Assembly (NCBI RefSeq): GCF_006345805.1
Contig: NW_021827629.1
Span: forward strand, 1 to 10,035
From: Octopus sinensis
Lineage: Eukaryota
Length of the DNA stretch: 10,035 nucleotides
Reading direction: 5' to 3'
This document shows, piece by piece, positions 9,471-10,035 of this stretch. Under the pieces are notes generated by a model, which saw nothing but the letters and a program-made list of their open reading frames with translations, was not told the origin of the DNA and did no database searches. Numbering within the stretch: position 1 is the first letter of the stretch; each line of letters opens with the position of its first letter. A program made the position numbers and the translations under genes.

Positions 9471-9718
9471 CTTTACTTTGTTCGCGTTTTTCGCTGTTAA
9501 AAAAAAATGGCATCCAGTGTTTATATGTGCGATCTGACAAGTGCGTATGAGCGTACGAACTCTTGCCTCTTCCGCTCTATTTGTGCTGACGTCCTTTTGA
9601 ATCCTTTGTTCTTAGTGCTGCCGCAATTATGTTACTTGGACTTTCTCGTCAGCGCATTGCCATCCTCGCAGGAACCACGCCAGTTCATCACGTTTCCAAG
9701 CTATGGACATTCTTGATA

Positions 9719-10028
9719 TATTATCTATCTATCTAATTATTTGTTAATTATATTAATCCAATAGTAGGGGGTAGGTAAGGTAATAGAGAAAGAGAGCGTC
9801 TATGTACTTAAGGAGAGATTGGGAGCCAAGAGAAGAGAGCAAGAGAGAAGAGGAAGAGGAGAGAAGAGATATTTGTCTATTATCTATCTATCTAATTATA
9901 TTAAGTATATAATCCAATAGTGCAATAGGGGGGGTAGGGGGTGAATAGAGAAAGAGAGCGTCCATGCACTTAAGGAGAGATTGGGAGCCAAGAGAAGAGA
10001 GCAAGAGAGAAGAGGAAGAGGAGATATG
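9719..10028. repeat. Two tandem copies of a ~160-bp purine-rich unit
   Basis: tattatctatctatctaattat starts at 9719 and 9878. An 81-nt block at 9782-9862 and 9944-10024 differs at only 2 positions. Confidence 0.9.
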
Positions 10029-10035
10029 AGTGCTG

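Larger units (their letters stand above)
5807..9716 (-). mobile_element. Near full-length, inactivated CR1-type (CR1/L2 superfamily) LINE
   Basis: Comprises a putative 5' UTR (~9471-9716), ORF1, APE-RT ORF2, a short 3' UTR with a stem-loop, and an (AATC)5 tail (+ strand gatt x5, 5807-5826). The C-terminal YWERLKRLKLYSLERSRERY and PDEP...RAAASNSL motifs are CR1-like. No clear target-site duplication. Confidence 0.88.

Noticed and set aside
9630-9705. CUGACGA and a cttgga/tccaag stem in the LINE 5' UTR; also an HDV-like tcctcgc loop on the plus strand
   Set aside because: I could not assemble a hammerhead (no valid NUH site or helix II) or an HDV nested double pseudoknot.
9719-10028. Repeat-spacer appearance suggesting CRISPR
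   Set aside because: Eukaryotic context, only two units, wrong sizes and no cas genes.

Overview
Eukaryotic, repeat-dominated window with no convincing host gene. The SINE sequence and microsatellite load resemble octopus/coleoid cephalopod DNA (recognised from memory, not by search). Left to right: the decayed 5' part of a Tx1/L1-like LINE with a gag-like CCHC ORF1 (minus, 1-1662); long (GATA)n arrays enclosing an 84-nt LINE-like 3' tail; four pieces of one tRNA-derived SINE family; a complete minimal type I hammerhead ribozyme fold with a G3:C8 core swap (4880-4928, +); a probable non-autonomous Helitron ending at 5530; a near full-length but multiply frameshifted CR1-type LINE (minus, 5807-9716; CCCH-type ORF1, APE+RT ORF2) whose 3' tail matches the SINE tail with compensatory stem changes; and a ~160-bp tandem repeat at the right edge.
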